DNA from: Atractiella rhizophila
Lineage: Eukaryota
Direction of reading: 5' to 3'
DNA length: 32,731 bases
Assembly: GCA_021432655.1 (NCBI GenBank)
Contig: MU271431.1
Location: 33,823 to 66,553 of the forward strand
Both the position numbers and the translations under genes were made by a program. The first letter of the stretch is position 1, and each line of letters opens with the position of its first letter. The notes beneath the pieces were generated by a model that saw only the letters and a list, made by a program, of their open reading frames with translations, made no database searches and was not told where the DNA came from. Shown here in pieces: positions 1 to 11,949 of the stretch.

Positions 1-2295
1 TGGCGTACCCTTTTTTGGTTGTGTTTCGGGACAAAACCCTACGGTGGCACGAGAATGTTCCATCCCAGTTTCAGCTTGAGAAGTCTCCCTAGTGACCACA
101 CCTGCAATATGGAGCAAGTCGACTACCTCTGCTTCCGTTTAATGTCAAAGGGTAATTTAGAGAAGAAAGGGGAGAGGTTTCGCAGGTGGTAGAAAGGTTG
201 TTACAGGAATTGATGACGAAAAAGTAGCGTAGGTAGCCCTTTCTCGCCTGAGGTTATTTACAACAAAAGTTATAGAAGGCTGACTTCAACTTCACCGGCT
301 CACTCAAGGGTATCATCTGCACACTGCACTAGTACCGAGGTTGCGGGTAGCAGCTGGTCTACAACGGAGTCTGCCATGCATTTTCGACCATTTGACCAGC
401 CAAACCTTCACAACTCTTCTTCATTAAAGAGCAATTTCCGTGAAAAGTTTCAGTTGGTGCTAACGTCACCTATCAGTGGCAAGACACCTTGTTTAAACTG
501 CGACACTTAACAACTCCTAAAAAGGAGACGCCTAAATCGCGAGACTTCACAACCCCTAGCTAGGAAACGTCTAAACCGAGATACTTCGCAACTCCTAGCA
601 AGGAAGCGGCTAAACTGCGAGACTACACGGCTCCTAGCAAGTAAGCGGAGCCGTAAGACAAGGTCCAGGAACCTTGGTGACTTCCAGGAAGGTCTGGGAA
701 GAGGACAACCACACAGGTCGAACGCCGAGGTTAGAGCGGAGTGGTAGGCAGAAAAACACAGGTCTATCTTTAACGTCTTTTTCAACTATTGCGTTATCTA
801 ATGCCTGAGCTGCAGTAGGTATTGGCTGACGAGCATACGTCGCAGGAAGCAGTAGTTGCGAGAGTCATGCGTAGCACTATTCATAACCTTCCACGGGAAG
901 TACTGCCAGTTGCTTAGTAGGATACTTCCGCTCACCGTTCGTTGAGTGACTTTCACCTACACCGAAACTTCGTACAAACGGGGACAAGAAGAGGAAAGCA
1001 TAGCTCTTCAGCTTTAGTAAGTCGGTAGGGTGATGATCTCGTAAGGACGGTGGGCACAGGCAGACCTTAAGCGCTTATTTCTACAACCGTATCCTTTGTA
1101 GAGCTACCTATTTTAGCACTAGCAAATTATACCGATTAAGACAATCCTCCAATTCGTTCGGGCTTTGTTTTACCCTCGTGCGTGCTCAATTCTGTGGAAA
1201 CTTGCGCAGCTCGTGTAGCAGTTCTGTAAATCGACTTCTTTCTCCCTTCGGCCGGCACCTTACCATTTACTCCTACCCTTAATCCAGTCAGAGGTACTGG
1301 AGGCTTTGTAGCGGCAGTAAGGTCTCTCGTAAAAACCTGTCCTAAAAAGACCAACTTTCTAATCCGACTCTTTCTTACTGTGCTCCTCGCACAGCTTCGG
1401 TAAGGTTTAGGCAGCGTAGGCGACCGCTAGGTAGCTCGAAAGCACCGCCAACCAGGAAGGTTTCGAGGGAGGTTAGTAACTTGACGAAATGCACGAGGAC
1501 GTTGGAAAGGTTGTGCAGGAGGCAGTCGGTGTGTACGAATTACTATGGTATGGGAGGAGGTAGGTCGAGCGTATAGGTTTGGACGCAAGGAGACGGCCGT
1601 TATCTTATACTTGCTTTATCTTAAAGGACCTGGGTCAAGTGGTACTTGAGCCTCGGTAACGGTTGCTGTACGGTAGGCAAGTCTGTAGGCAAATCCAGGT
1701 CAAATTTAAATACTAACCCTGAACCTTGCTTAACCATTCCTTCTTCGTATCACCTGCTGCCGCACCAACGTCTACTCCTGCGACCGACCTGACTTCCGTG
1801 AGCCTGCGATCCGCTGGACTGCGCCCTGGAACTCAGCCTTCTCATTAAGCACTTCAGACCGAGGAGTCAAGCTCTTGTTGACGGATGGAGGGTCCACTTC
1901 ACGGTGCGACCCAGCACTAGTTTCTACAACTCTTTAGGCTAGACAAGGAGCGAGCGAAAGCGTTTGACACGCTACTAGACACGCTGAAGAAACTTCACCA
2001 GAACCTCCTCAAAACCAAAAGGGACTTTCACGGGTGGTGCGTATGATAATTGGGTTCTCATTACAAATAGAGGTCGACATAGTTAGTTGTCTCAGGTCTG
2101 TTTTTGTCGCTCCAGAGCGGGGCTCTCACATTCGCCCGCAAAGCACGATCAACACACAAGGGTAGGCTTCGTCGTGTGACTTCAAGCAGAGACTTAAGAT
2201 TACGGTCGCTATACAAGCTCATGCGGAATTGTCCTCCCAACTAGAGTACCACCTGGTCCTAAGGCAAACTTCTTAGGGACAAGCTACCTAAGAGA
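1..2295. pseudogene. FunK1 kinase paralog (copy 1), present as reversed non-complemented (mirror) sequence; frameshifted
   Basis: Read backwards from 2295 to 1 without complementing, it aligns colinearly with 6308-8609, e.g. it yields gtgaggcgagattggagccgcaagctggacacaccaacaggagaagggtctggaaggacc as at 7867-7926. Introns and the 39-bp repeat are retained. At least three +1 indels relative to the intact copy (near 2135, 2101, 1240). Confidence 0.93.
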
Positions 2296-2485
2296 TGTTT
2301 CCCAATGCACTTGCAGAATTGGAGTCCTGCCACATTGCTTACATTTAACTGCATGATGTAAAAATACAGCCTTTCAATTTTATATACATTTCCCTCTTTC
2401 AAGCAAGCTCCTCCATTCACACTTCCGAGAATGTCCACCGTCCATACTCATATGGATCATTTGAATGTCGACCGTCTTGAATGAA
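2296..2485 (+). repeat. 3' flank of kinase copy 1 (normal orientation), paralogous to 8610-8800
   Basis: tgtttcccaatgcacttgcagaattggagtcctgc... matches 8610 onward and continues exactly where the backwards read of 1-2295 ends (...ccatgcggt). Confidence 0.92.
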
Positions 2486-2576
2486 TACAGTAAGAAGACT
2501 CGCGCTTTCTCGGAAGGAATGACTCAATACGAAAACCGCACTCCTGTCATATGTTAGCGGAGGGACCTGAGACGAC

Positions 2577-2663
2577 TGAGACCATCATCGTCGATGCAGA
2601 TCTATAAGTGAACGAAGGTAAATACAATGAGACTCAGATGAGACCATCATCGTCGATGCAGAT
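2577..2663. repeat. 25-bp direct repeat x2, period 62
   Basis: tgagaccatcatcgtcgatgcagat at 2577-2601 and 2639-2663. Confidence 0.9.
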
Positions 2664-2946
2664 GGGTCTCAATAAGCGCTGGAACCTTATCTGTGAGTGA
2701 TGGACCAACCATAAAACTCCAATTCCAACATCATAAAGTTGGCCACATAGGAAATGCTGATAGTGGCGGAAGTCACGGCAGCTGCATAATTCGTTTGCTA
2801 CTCATCCCCATAGAGGCATTCTTAAAGGGAGGATATTTTCCAAAGTGCTGTTTTTTGCTCCAAACCTGTCAGGATGATTTCACTGTACCAGAGGCACCAA
2901 AGGGAATTCCAGGGTCAAGCACATTAGTGCCAGTGGCATTTGTGAG

Positions 2947-3040
2947 CTGATCCTCAGCGAAATGAGATGGTGGAAACGCTCAATGACATGAAATGAAGCT
3001 ACATACCTGATCCTCAGCGAAATGAGATGGTGGAAACGCT
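2947..3040. repeat. 34-bp direct repeat x2, period 60
   Basis: ctgatcctcagcgaaatgagatggtggaaacgct at 2947-2980 and 3007-3040. Confidence 0.9.
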
Positions 3041-3262
3041 GGGGAATCAGGTTGGCGATCGCCCTAACCCTATGTACACGTGCCGACGAGTGGAGAACAA
3101 GATAGAGAGAGGGAAATGAAGCGAGAGGAAACGAGCGAATGGAAGGAACATGAACGAAGCGAGAGAAACGAGCGAAGGGAAGGAAAGTGACGAAGTAAAA
3201 CGGAGTCAAGTGGTATGTCCCTCTCTCACAGCATTCTCGTTCTCCATCCCCCTTCTACTGAT

Positions 3263-3729
3263 GTGAGAGACATCCCAATCTTCTCCTCGCTCGTCGCTTC
3301 GATCAGAGTCTCTTCTTCTCCTTCGCTCCGGATCACTTTCGTCCTCCACTTTCGAAAGTGCCCTCCTTTGCCCCTCAGGTCACCTTCCCTTGGAGGTTCT
3401 TCCGTGGAATCATCCCTCCCTTCTTATTGTGTAGATGCGCATGTTGAAACGGCGGTTGGGAGATTTGTGACTGTCACACGACATGTGTCGTTTGAAGTGA
3501 GAGACATCCCAATCTTCTCCTCGCTCGTCGCTTCGATCAGAGTCTCTTCTTCTCCTTCGCTCCGGATCACTTTCGTCCTCCACTTTCGAAAGTGCCCTCC
3601 TTTGCCCCTCAGGTCACCTTCCCTTGGAGGTTCTTCCGTGGAATCATCCCTCCCTTCTTATTGTGTAGATGCGCATGTTGAAACGGCGGTTGGGAGATTT
3701 GTGACTGTCACACGACATGTGTCGTTTGA
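3263..3729. repeat. Apparently perfect 234-bp tandem duplication
   Basis: Unit gtgagagacatcccaatc...gtcgtttga starts at 3263 and 3497; it shows as a duplicated 78-aa block in ORF 3215..3754. Confidence 0.95.
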
Positions 3730-4369
3730 GGCGCTTGCAAGACAACACGGATAAAACAGAGCCTGCCTCCTTTGCGCTTCTTCTGCATTGTCTTTCCAAC
3801 AATTGCACCTGCCTTCCAGGACTCGTTCAGCTTGAAAGGTTCAAACCATCCTGAGCCAGCGCAGTGAAGGAGAAAGCTGTTCCTGACCTCTCGCCAGTTC
3901 GTGCGACTATCAACAAGCGTCCACCTGTAGCCTCCGCCACAACACGTTCAAAGCGAGCCAATGAAGGTCAAAGAGGAAAACCAACCTAGCAAAAGTATAG
4001 TATGTTCGGAAGATCCGCGAACGAGTTGATTCTTTGTGACTGGAAGGGATCAACTTGATGTGAGTTACAACGGTGGTACTCCTGCAGTTGCCGAACTTTC
4101 CCACTTCTGCAACGACCGATGAGAACCTCAAGGGACGCCAGCAAGAAAACACCAAGCTCCTCATTCGACCTCCACAAGGAGGCGGGAGGGTAAATACCTT
4201 CCTGGCTCTTTCTAATGCCTGTCACAAAACAGTGTAAGATACCATGAGGGCTGGCGCTATTACACGCACTCGTCCACTAAGAAGTGGAGGAGCTATGGTG
4301 TCATCTTGTCTACCAGCACTCGTCGAGACCTCACCTCCTTACCTTGCTATGACTGACTGCGAAAAGCAA

Positions 4370-5030
4370 AGGAAGGTTGTGTCTCCATTTCTCTCTGTCA
4401 ATGACGAGAATAAAAAAACGATGAACCTAGCACATTCTAGCACCATTTGATGCTGAAGCAGGTTTGGACGCTTTCCGTCCATCGTCATAAGCCGAAACAG
4501 AGGTCCGAGCTTGGGGGAGGAGGATAGAGATCTTTGTCCAAAAGCAGCGGCTCTTCGGTTGATGGCGAGTGCAGTGTGGCTGAGATGTCATGCCAAGCTG
4601 GCAGTGGTAGGCACTGAAGCCGGCCGCAGAAGGTCCGCTGCGATTCGCCCATGAGAATCGAGAATCGGGTGCAAGAAGAAGGACAGAGAAGGAGGAAGGA
4701 AGGTGAACACCAAGCTGCAATTCAGTGTGAATTACTTCGTCGTTAGGCGTTGAACAAGCTTCCGGCGAAAGTCTGCAAGTAAAGGCATTGTTTTCTTCCT
4801 GTTTGTAACTCGCTGACACTTGCAAATTCCACTGAGATTCCTCAAGGATCAAATAATGTCGTAGCCTTTGTCTCTTGAGGTCTTTCGAACTGAGCAGTCA
4901 ATCAATTCGAAACGAGTGCTCTCGACATTCTTAACTCATCTTCTCCGTCCCTCCTCCTCTAGTTGTGTTGCCCATCGTCGGAGCGAGCAACAATTTGGGG
5001 GACATGGGGATCTTTCGAAATCGAGTTTCT
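4370..5030 (-). pseudogene. Decayed duplicate of the 3' part of the BTB/POZ gene at 27165-31315
   Basis: Colinear minus-strand matches to ~27370-28230: cgacgatgg.caac, ggaga.gatgagtt, cagttcgaa, ggaagcttgttcaa.gccta, tgcagcttggtgttc, gacatctcag, ttcagcatcaa, and an intron acceptor (tgacag..aaatggag). Frames are broken. Confidence 0.75.
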
Positions 5031-5875
5031 GCTCCCTGAATGTCGTAAGAAAGCTCATGAAATCCGTTGACTCCCTCTGGCGCAATGCGCAATGAAGGCA
5101 CCTGATATTATATAGCGGTGGCTTTCCAATGCTCTGCGCGTGCCACCATGAAGAATGCAATATCAAACGTGAAATAACAACGGGGCTGAGGAACGTATGC
5201 CTCCTTATCGTCTCCATTCCTTCCACTACTGCCGCATTTGGGATGCCATCCCCCTCTGAAAGAGACAACACGGCCTGTGGAGTGATTACTTTGGCACCTC
5301 TCTATGCATCACCTTTCATTAGACCGACTTGGTGCGGGATCTTATTCAAAGTGTACAGCACACAGAGTGCTCCTTCTGTCGCACTAACGCATTTTGACAG
5401 GTAGCATGGAAGGATGGAAGGGATGCAGAACGGCCCTGGAGAGGACAGGCTGCTCCTCCGCCTTCCTTTGTCCACATCAAGAAAGAGAAGCTTTTATTCC
5501 GCTTTCTCTCTCGGCTCCAGCCCGCTCTCAAGTCCATGCTCACCAACATATAATCTCTTCCACCTTTCATCCCAGAGGTCAAACCTTGATTTGCATCGAA
5601 TCGGGTTCCTTTCCGTCCATAGCCGAGATAAACCACAAACATGACAGTGAAACAAAAAGTGCAGAGGACAAATGCCCATTCTGTCCCAAGACAGCTCCGT
5701 TTCCACGCCACTTTTCCCCAGAATCGTCTCTCGCCCATGCCCATCTCCCCGACGTGATTTGGAGACTTCAGTCAGAACAACGTTAATCAACATCACCCTT
5801 TCTCCCCTTTCTTCCACATTCTCTTATTAAAACCGATAATCTCGAGCTCCATTTTCTCAACTTCGACAAACGAAT

Positions 5876-8469
5876 ATGACGAAAAGGAAGACAAAGAAGA
5901 CTCCAACGGAGAGAGCATCAACGCCACCACCTACCACTCCCAACTCTACTCAAAACACGAAGCAAAAATATCAACAAGAGGCAACTTCAAGAACGGTGCC
6001 ACCAAACTTCAAACCGTTGCAGCACAACCTGCCACTAGGTGAAAAACTCGACTTGGAATCACCGGTTGTGGTGTTGGAGGATCTACGGCCAAACATAGAC
6101 ATACCTGAGGTCGAACTGCCACCCGAGCTAACGACGTATAGGGCAGCGGACTGGAAGGATGAGAACTCGATTAAAACTTGGATGGACGAGCTGTATCGTG
6201 TGAGTGATTCACAGTTGATTGAGCGCCATGAATGAAGACACGGTGCTCCAGGTCGTGCGCAAGGAAAAGTCCAGATATTGCCAAGGTGGTACACGAATGC
6301 AGTTGTCAGAGAATCAGTCGACCAAGGATTCTTCAGAGCTGAACGGAATCTTGGTCCACCATGAGATCGACCCTCCTGTGAAGGCGTACTCGAACGTTTC
6401 GCTGTCATTCGAATTCAAAGACCAAGCTCAGAGTGCTGCTTCGGAAGGGAATACGCAACTAGCACGAAACTCTGCATACATTCTCGGGGCGAGACCTCGC
6501 TGTTTCATATGGAATCTGTTGATTGATAAAGCTGGAGATAAACATTTCTCTTGGGGTAAATGTATGCGGGGTGGGCACTTTCGGGGAAAGCCAAAACGCC
6601 TCGAAGACCACTTCAAAGAATTTGCACAGACCATCGCAAAGTTTGCGAAAGCGAGCGAGGAACAGATCGGATTTCTCAACATCTTTGATCACGACCCAGC
6701 GTGGCACTTCACCTGGGAGGTAGGCAGTTCGTCTCGAACTGAGGGGCCCGCCTCCACGAACCGTCCTTCCGCCTCAAGTTCCCGCGCCAGCTCCCCCAAC
6801 ATCTCGTTGCCTTCAGCCGAGCCATCATCCGCATCTACAACCACGCCATGGTCCACTATGCTCCTTCCTTCGCAATTCGTCCCAAACCCTAATCACAAAT
6901 TTAAACTGGACCTAAACGGATGTCTGAAGGGATGGGATGTCGTCGGCAAACGTTCCGAGTTCAAAGTGAACTGGGTCCAGGAAATTCTATTTCGTTCGTA
7001 CTCCGTTGCCGGCAGCGGAACGCAGGTTTGGATGTGCGAGCTGGAAGGAGGAGGGTACGGCGTCATTAAGCATGTGTGGCTGACGAAGGTCTTGTTGGAA
7101 AGGTTGAAAGAGCACGTAAAGCAGTTCGATGTTTGGAGGGACCTTTGGAAGGACCAACCGCCACTAAGGCACGATGGATCGCCAGCGGAAGCGGTGGATT
7201 TGACCTGGCTACGACACGCTCCTCGTCTCATTCTTTCTCAGCCTAATCTTTCAACCAGAAAACTCCTGTCCAAAAATGCGCTCTGGAATGGTGACGATGT
7301 TTCGGAGGTCATGGAGACTGACCTAATTCCCGTCCTCACCTACCACTCTACGGCGGGCCTCCCTCTTGCTTCAGCTAAACGTCTTGACGATGTGCTCGAC
7401 GCGTTCAAAGGTGTCTTGACGCGTACGGACTTTCTTGTTGCGTTTTGGGCTTGCCTTGATGTGTTAACAGAATTAGCCATGTTGAACGATCACGACTTTA
7501 TCCATCGAGATGTTTCCTATGCCAACATCTTTATTCGCGAGTTCCAGACGAACAGTGATGACGGGAATGCTCCAGCTGTTGGGTGGCTGAATGATTTCGA
7601 CCTCTCGATACGACGCGAGAAGAACAGGGGCAAACATGCTGCAAAGCCACATCCACTTTCAGCGAGTAGCTTGCCCTCGCCCCCGAATGTTTCGTCTTTG
7701 ACCTTTCATTTAGGGGACCTTCCTATTCCTGTCTCGATGCGTACTGAACGCTTTGAAGAAGAAAGGGGCTTCGTACGAGCAGTCGGTTATGGATGACATC
7801 GAGTCCGTTGTCTACTGCGTTATCTACTTTTTCTGCAATTTCTATCCGGACGCTACAGGACGGCTCGTGAGGCGAGATTGGAGCCGCAAGCTGGACACAC
7901 CAACAGGAGAAGGGTCTGGAAGGACCTTCAGTGGCTCCAAGGACCTGGAACAGAATGCCAAGAGGAATGAACGATCCTCCGCACAGCAGAGCGTCAAATC
8001 GGCGAAGGAACGATCCTCAACGCTCCATAGTGCTAAATCTGCAAAGGATCGATCCTCGACACTTCGCAGCGCTAAATCCGCAAAGGAAAAATCCTCAACA
8101 ATTCACAGCGTTGAATCCGTTCCGCAGAACATTGACTATCCACTCCAACCGTGGTTGACTCTGAGAAGTGCCTTTAACGAGAAATTACTTCTTCTCAACA
8201 CTTCCAAACCGACCAGTTTACCAGCTTTTACGTACCGTCTGAGCGAACATCTGGTCGACGATGGGCGTTGGAACCAAGATCACATCGCACGTCTACTTTG
8301 GGAACTCACTCGGCCACTTCAACTTCAGTCGGAAGATATTGTAAACGACATTTATTGGAGTCCGCTCTTTCCCGATGGATGCGATGAAAAAGCAGTAGTT
8401 AAGGACATTGTTGGAAAGATGGTGGAAGCTCTGGAGAGGGGAAAGAAGAGATTTAATGGGAAACTGTAA
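5876..8469 (+). CDS. Fungal protein kinase, FunK1 (Pkinase_fungal) family, ~813 aa; exons 5876-6199, 6252-7422, 7471-7661, 7714-8469
   Basis: Introns 6200-6251 (GTGAGT..CAG), 7423-7470 (GTACGG..CAG) and 7662-7713 (GCGAGT..TAG) join three ORF-track fragments in frame. Motifs SVAGSGTQVW, VIKHVW, HRDVSYANIFI, WLNDFDLS, GTFLFLS and DDIESVVY match FunK1 kinases (HRDxSxxN loop, DFD, GT..F.S, DDLES). Confidence 0.9.
7969..8118 (+). repeat. Coding 39-bp (13-aa) tandem repeat, ~4 units, in the kinase C-lobe
   Basis: ERSSAQQSVKSAK / ERSSTLHSAKSAK / DRSSTLRSAKSAK / EKSSTIHSVES. Confidence 0.9.
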
Positions 8470-8901
8470 GTTGCCTTCGTCTCCATCAGCTGAACGAGGT
8501 ATAACGTCCACACTAGTGATCCCTCTGAAGAGTTCGACTTTGAACCTGCCTCGTGAGAGCACAGTGGCATCCCAAAACAGGGCTTTGCGTTGGTTTTTTC
8601 CCATGCGGTTGTTTCCCAATGCACTTGCAGAATTGGAGTCCTGCGACACTGCTTACATTTAACTGCATGATGTAAAAATACAGCCTTTCAATTTTATATA
8701 AATTTCCCTCTTTCAAGCAAGCTCCTCTGTTCATTCTTCCACGAATGTTCACCCTCGATGCTCATATGGATAACTTGAATGTCGCGCGTCTTAAGTGAAT
8801 GAGAAGGGCAGAAATGGGTGCCTCAACAAGTCCTCACTTGCTGCGGGCCTCCACACATGAATAAGACATAGGAGTTTGGAGCAATTGTGGAGGGTCGGAA
8901 G

Positions 8902-9868
8902 CTGGAACTGATATGCGTCTGTCATGATAACTCATGTTCAAATCACATGAAAATGTCCCCAAATCTTGGAGCTCATGTTCATATCATGTTCATTCTTTAA
9001 AATATCTAAGCAATCATGACAAGGGTGAATGAAGCATGAAATTTCGTGATAAATCATGAGTATGAATCTTGATGAGATTATTAGTGCGTGGCACGTTCGA
9101 GACTGCAAGGTGCAAGACCGAAACATGCAGTGTTAATATTGTAGTATATGTGTGATAAGTGAAATACATTACCAGCAAGGTGCGAGACCGAAACATGCAG
9201 TGGGTCTCACACTTGCAGGGCAATTCTTCTTATAGCAAAGGAGGCTGAGTAATAAGAAAGCGCAAGCAAGAAGTGAAGGAAAGCTTAAGACACACCAAAC
9301 GTGATGGAAGGAGGAGGCACAAGTGCTCCCGTGGCCCCATCAAGTCTAAGAGTGAAAAATCGTGAAGCTCAAGCATACCTCACCTGCGACACAGTTGTCT
9401 GAGAGAAGTACTGCTTTGAACTTGTCTTCAAACGGGTTGTGCTCAGCCGAAGAACTCCTTTCCCTGGGACAAGAATGTACCTACCGTCGCCAATGCAAGT
9501 TGAGCAAACTGGTGAAACAAAGGCGTAGCTGGGCCGAGATCTGAATCTAGGCCTCAAGGCATGACCAAGTGTAGCACAAGGGGGCCCCATTGCACCAGGA
9601 ATATTTCATGATATGGCAAATTGCCATGGATTCATCATTCTCATGTTTTAATAATGAGTACGCCGATCATCATGAAAACTCATGAGTTGGACGAGTTTAC
9701 AACTTGCAGTATTGGACAAATGAGTTTACAACTTGCAGTATTGGACAAATCGTGTTCATTTCATATTCGTCTCATATTAGAGGGTTTCATATGAGCAGCT
9801 AACTCATGAGTTAGGTGTGAATAATAGCATGATAACCAGTGATTAACCAGCTTTCAGATCAGTCCCTA
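8902..9868. mobile_element. Degenerate non-coding TE relic, possibly a non-autonomous DNA transposon
   Basis: Many TCATG/CATGA motifs (CpG-decay pattern); internal repeats at 9105-9132 and 9176-9203 and a 29-bp tandem at 9693-9750; weak terminal inverted similarity (ggaactgat / atcagtccc). No convincing TSD. Confidence 0.35.
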
Positions 9869-11275
9869 TGTCAAAAGCACACCAGACTATAATACATACT
9901 ATCCTCACTGCACTGAGATAAGCGCTGTGGTGCCAGCACCAGTCCCCAAACAGAATCACATATGCGCACGACGTAAAAATTGCTTGCATTGTAAGAGTTA
10001 CTTACATGAGAAGTTTTGAAAGATCCATACTGAATAACTGAATGCTCGCTTGCAAGAGGATCACACCCACGCAAAGTGTCATTGTATTCACACAGTACAG
10101 AACAATCACTGACTGTGAGGGACGTCAATGTCAATGGTGGTGATGCCGAACAAGTTCACACAGTGAAGGAAGGACACTAAACCATGACAAAGTAGCATAG
10201 AGCAAGAAATGGAACAGCCAACATCACTCCAGCATGATGTCAATGTGCATCAAGCACCATGAGAAAGCTTGCACACGAGCAATGAAACCAGAACACTCTG
10301 ATAGGCATAGAAGTGGGAAAGCACACCTCATGCATGATATGCGAATGGAGGGAAAAACCAAATGGATGGAAAGGAAGCCAAGGAAGGGGAGGATGTGAGT
10401 CAAGTAGAAGTTAGAATCAGAAACTTCGGGAGGATGGAGAGAATAAACATAGGGGTACAACAAGCAGGAGCACAACCTGAAGCAGATGTTGCACAGTCAA
10501 AGATGTGAAGCAACATACAGAATAGGTTTTTTTTGGCATATGTATTGATATAACAAAATAAACCAACAAAAAGACGGAGGAATTGCAGACCTGTTTAGGG
10601 CTTGTGAATATAGGGCATTGAGAAGACAAACGTTAAACAGAAAACCAAACCAACCAAGAATAGCAAGAATTTGAATTTGTTTTATGGTCGAGCGGCTCCT
10701 GAGAAGGAAGGCAAGCGATTGAGACTTCTTTACGCCTGTGAATGTGAAATCGAGGAGAGGGAATCCACAGGAAATGAGAATCGAAGAGAGCATAGAAGCC
10801 GAGTAGGCACCTACTTCATCTAAGGACCACATAACTAGATGGCTGAATTCGCAATCACACTCGGAGGAAGATCAATCAAAGGAGCAGGGATAGGGTCACC
10901 GTTAAGCCAGACCACGACGAAGAAAAGGGGTAGTGATGACCGCCCCTGTGGCAGAAATACGGACATAGATGCCCTTTGCAGTGAACAAGACTTCATGATC
11001 CGTGTCTTTGACAATTTGAGAGACAGAGAAGAGAAGTACGAATAGCAGGAACATAGAGGACCTCACGAAGTCAGAGGACACATGGAGAGCCATTTGAAGT
11101 GTGAGTAGAGTAGAACATCTCACCATGACCAAAGATAGGCACCTTGACTCCATTGCCCACTTCAACGGTTTCAGTACCCAACTCTTCTTTGAAATTGTGG
11201 ATAACTTCCTCCAAAACCCTGTAGGCTTGGAAGAGCCCAAGTCAAGACATCCTTGATCTGAGCTATGAAGGGAGC

Positions 11276-11671
11276 TGTTAGGGCTGACACTATGTGCGGT
11301 CGCCGACGGGCGATGCGTCTGTAGTGGAGATAAGCCTAAGTGCATGATATGACATGAAGACTAACTTGTAGTGGAGATAAACCTAAGAGAATACTCTAAG
11401 GTCACCTTCACTACTCTCTGATCTATATATACAAGTGGAATAATACTGCCACAGAGCGTAGAGGAGAGCAGATGAAACATGTAAGAGAACCAAAAGGGGA
11501 AGTGACAGTGGGATTACACGGAGTTAATAAGAGGAGGATAGGCACAATTGGGCTAAGTGGTGATGTAGGTGCAAATGGGCGACGGGCGCCGATTCGCAGG
11601 GAACGCAAATGGGCGATAGGAGACGCAATCCGGGGAATGGACGCCGATTTGCGTAAGATGCAAACCTGACA
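11276..11671 (-). mobile_element. LTR (396 bp) without matching TSD
   Basis: TGTTAGG...CCTGACA termini; near-identical inverted copy of 22603-23019 lacking 21 bp. Flanks GGAGC and ATATC differ. Strand is inferred. Confidence 0.88.
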
Positions 11672-11949
11672 ATATCATTCCTCACTCGTGCTGTGAGCAT
11701 CTTACACTTTTGTTTGACTTCTTACTTATTTCTCTCGTCCTCAGGTGCTTGCTTTGTATACTTTGGGTCAATGATAATGTTAAAAAGCATATTTTTCCAT
11801 TGCAAATCCACTAGTTTGCTGTCCTAGTTCTTTGTTACTAAGCCGCTTCGGTGTTTACCCACCAAACATTTATTCCCAACTTCGAACTCTCCCTCTAGTC
11901 CGGGATAAGTGACTTCAATCTTTACTATTTGATTCCTTTCCCTCCACTA

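Noticed and set aside
507..785. Repetitive ORF (SRFRRFLARGCEV units) and other ORFs in the mirrored blocks (1136..1354, 24203..26754)
   Set aside because: Translations of reversed DNA; the periodicity is the kinase 39-bp repeat.
1..2295. Apparent RIP signature (TA-rich, AT/CA-skewed composition), also at 24100-26575
   Set aside because: The dinucleotide skew is explained by sequence reversal, not by mutation.
2577..3040. CRISPR-like repeat-spacer pattern (25-34 bp repeats, ~60 bp period)
   Set aside because: Only two copies of each of two unrelated repeats, eukaryotic context, no cas genes.
3215..3754. 179-aa ORF as a real gene
   Set aside because: Its length comes from an in-frame 234-bp duplication; no domain recognised.
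10114..11275. Possible additional LTR ending AATAAA..ACAACA (10462) followed by a gag-like remnant
   Set aside because: No matching 5' terminus, TSD or clear PBS; protein similarity too weak to call.
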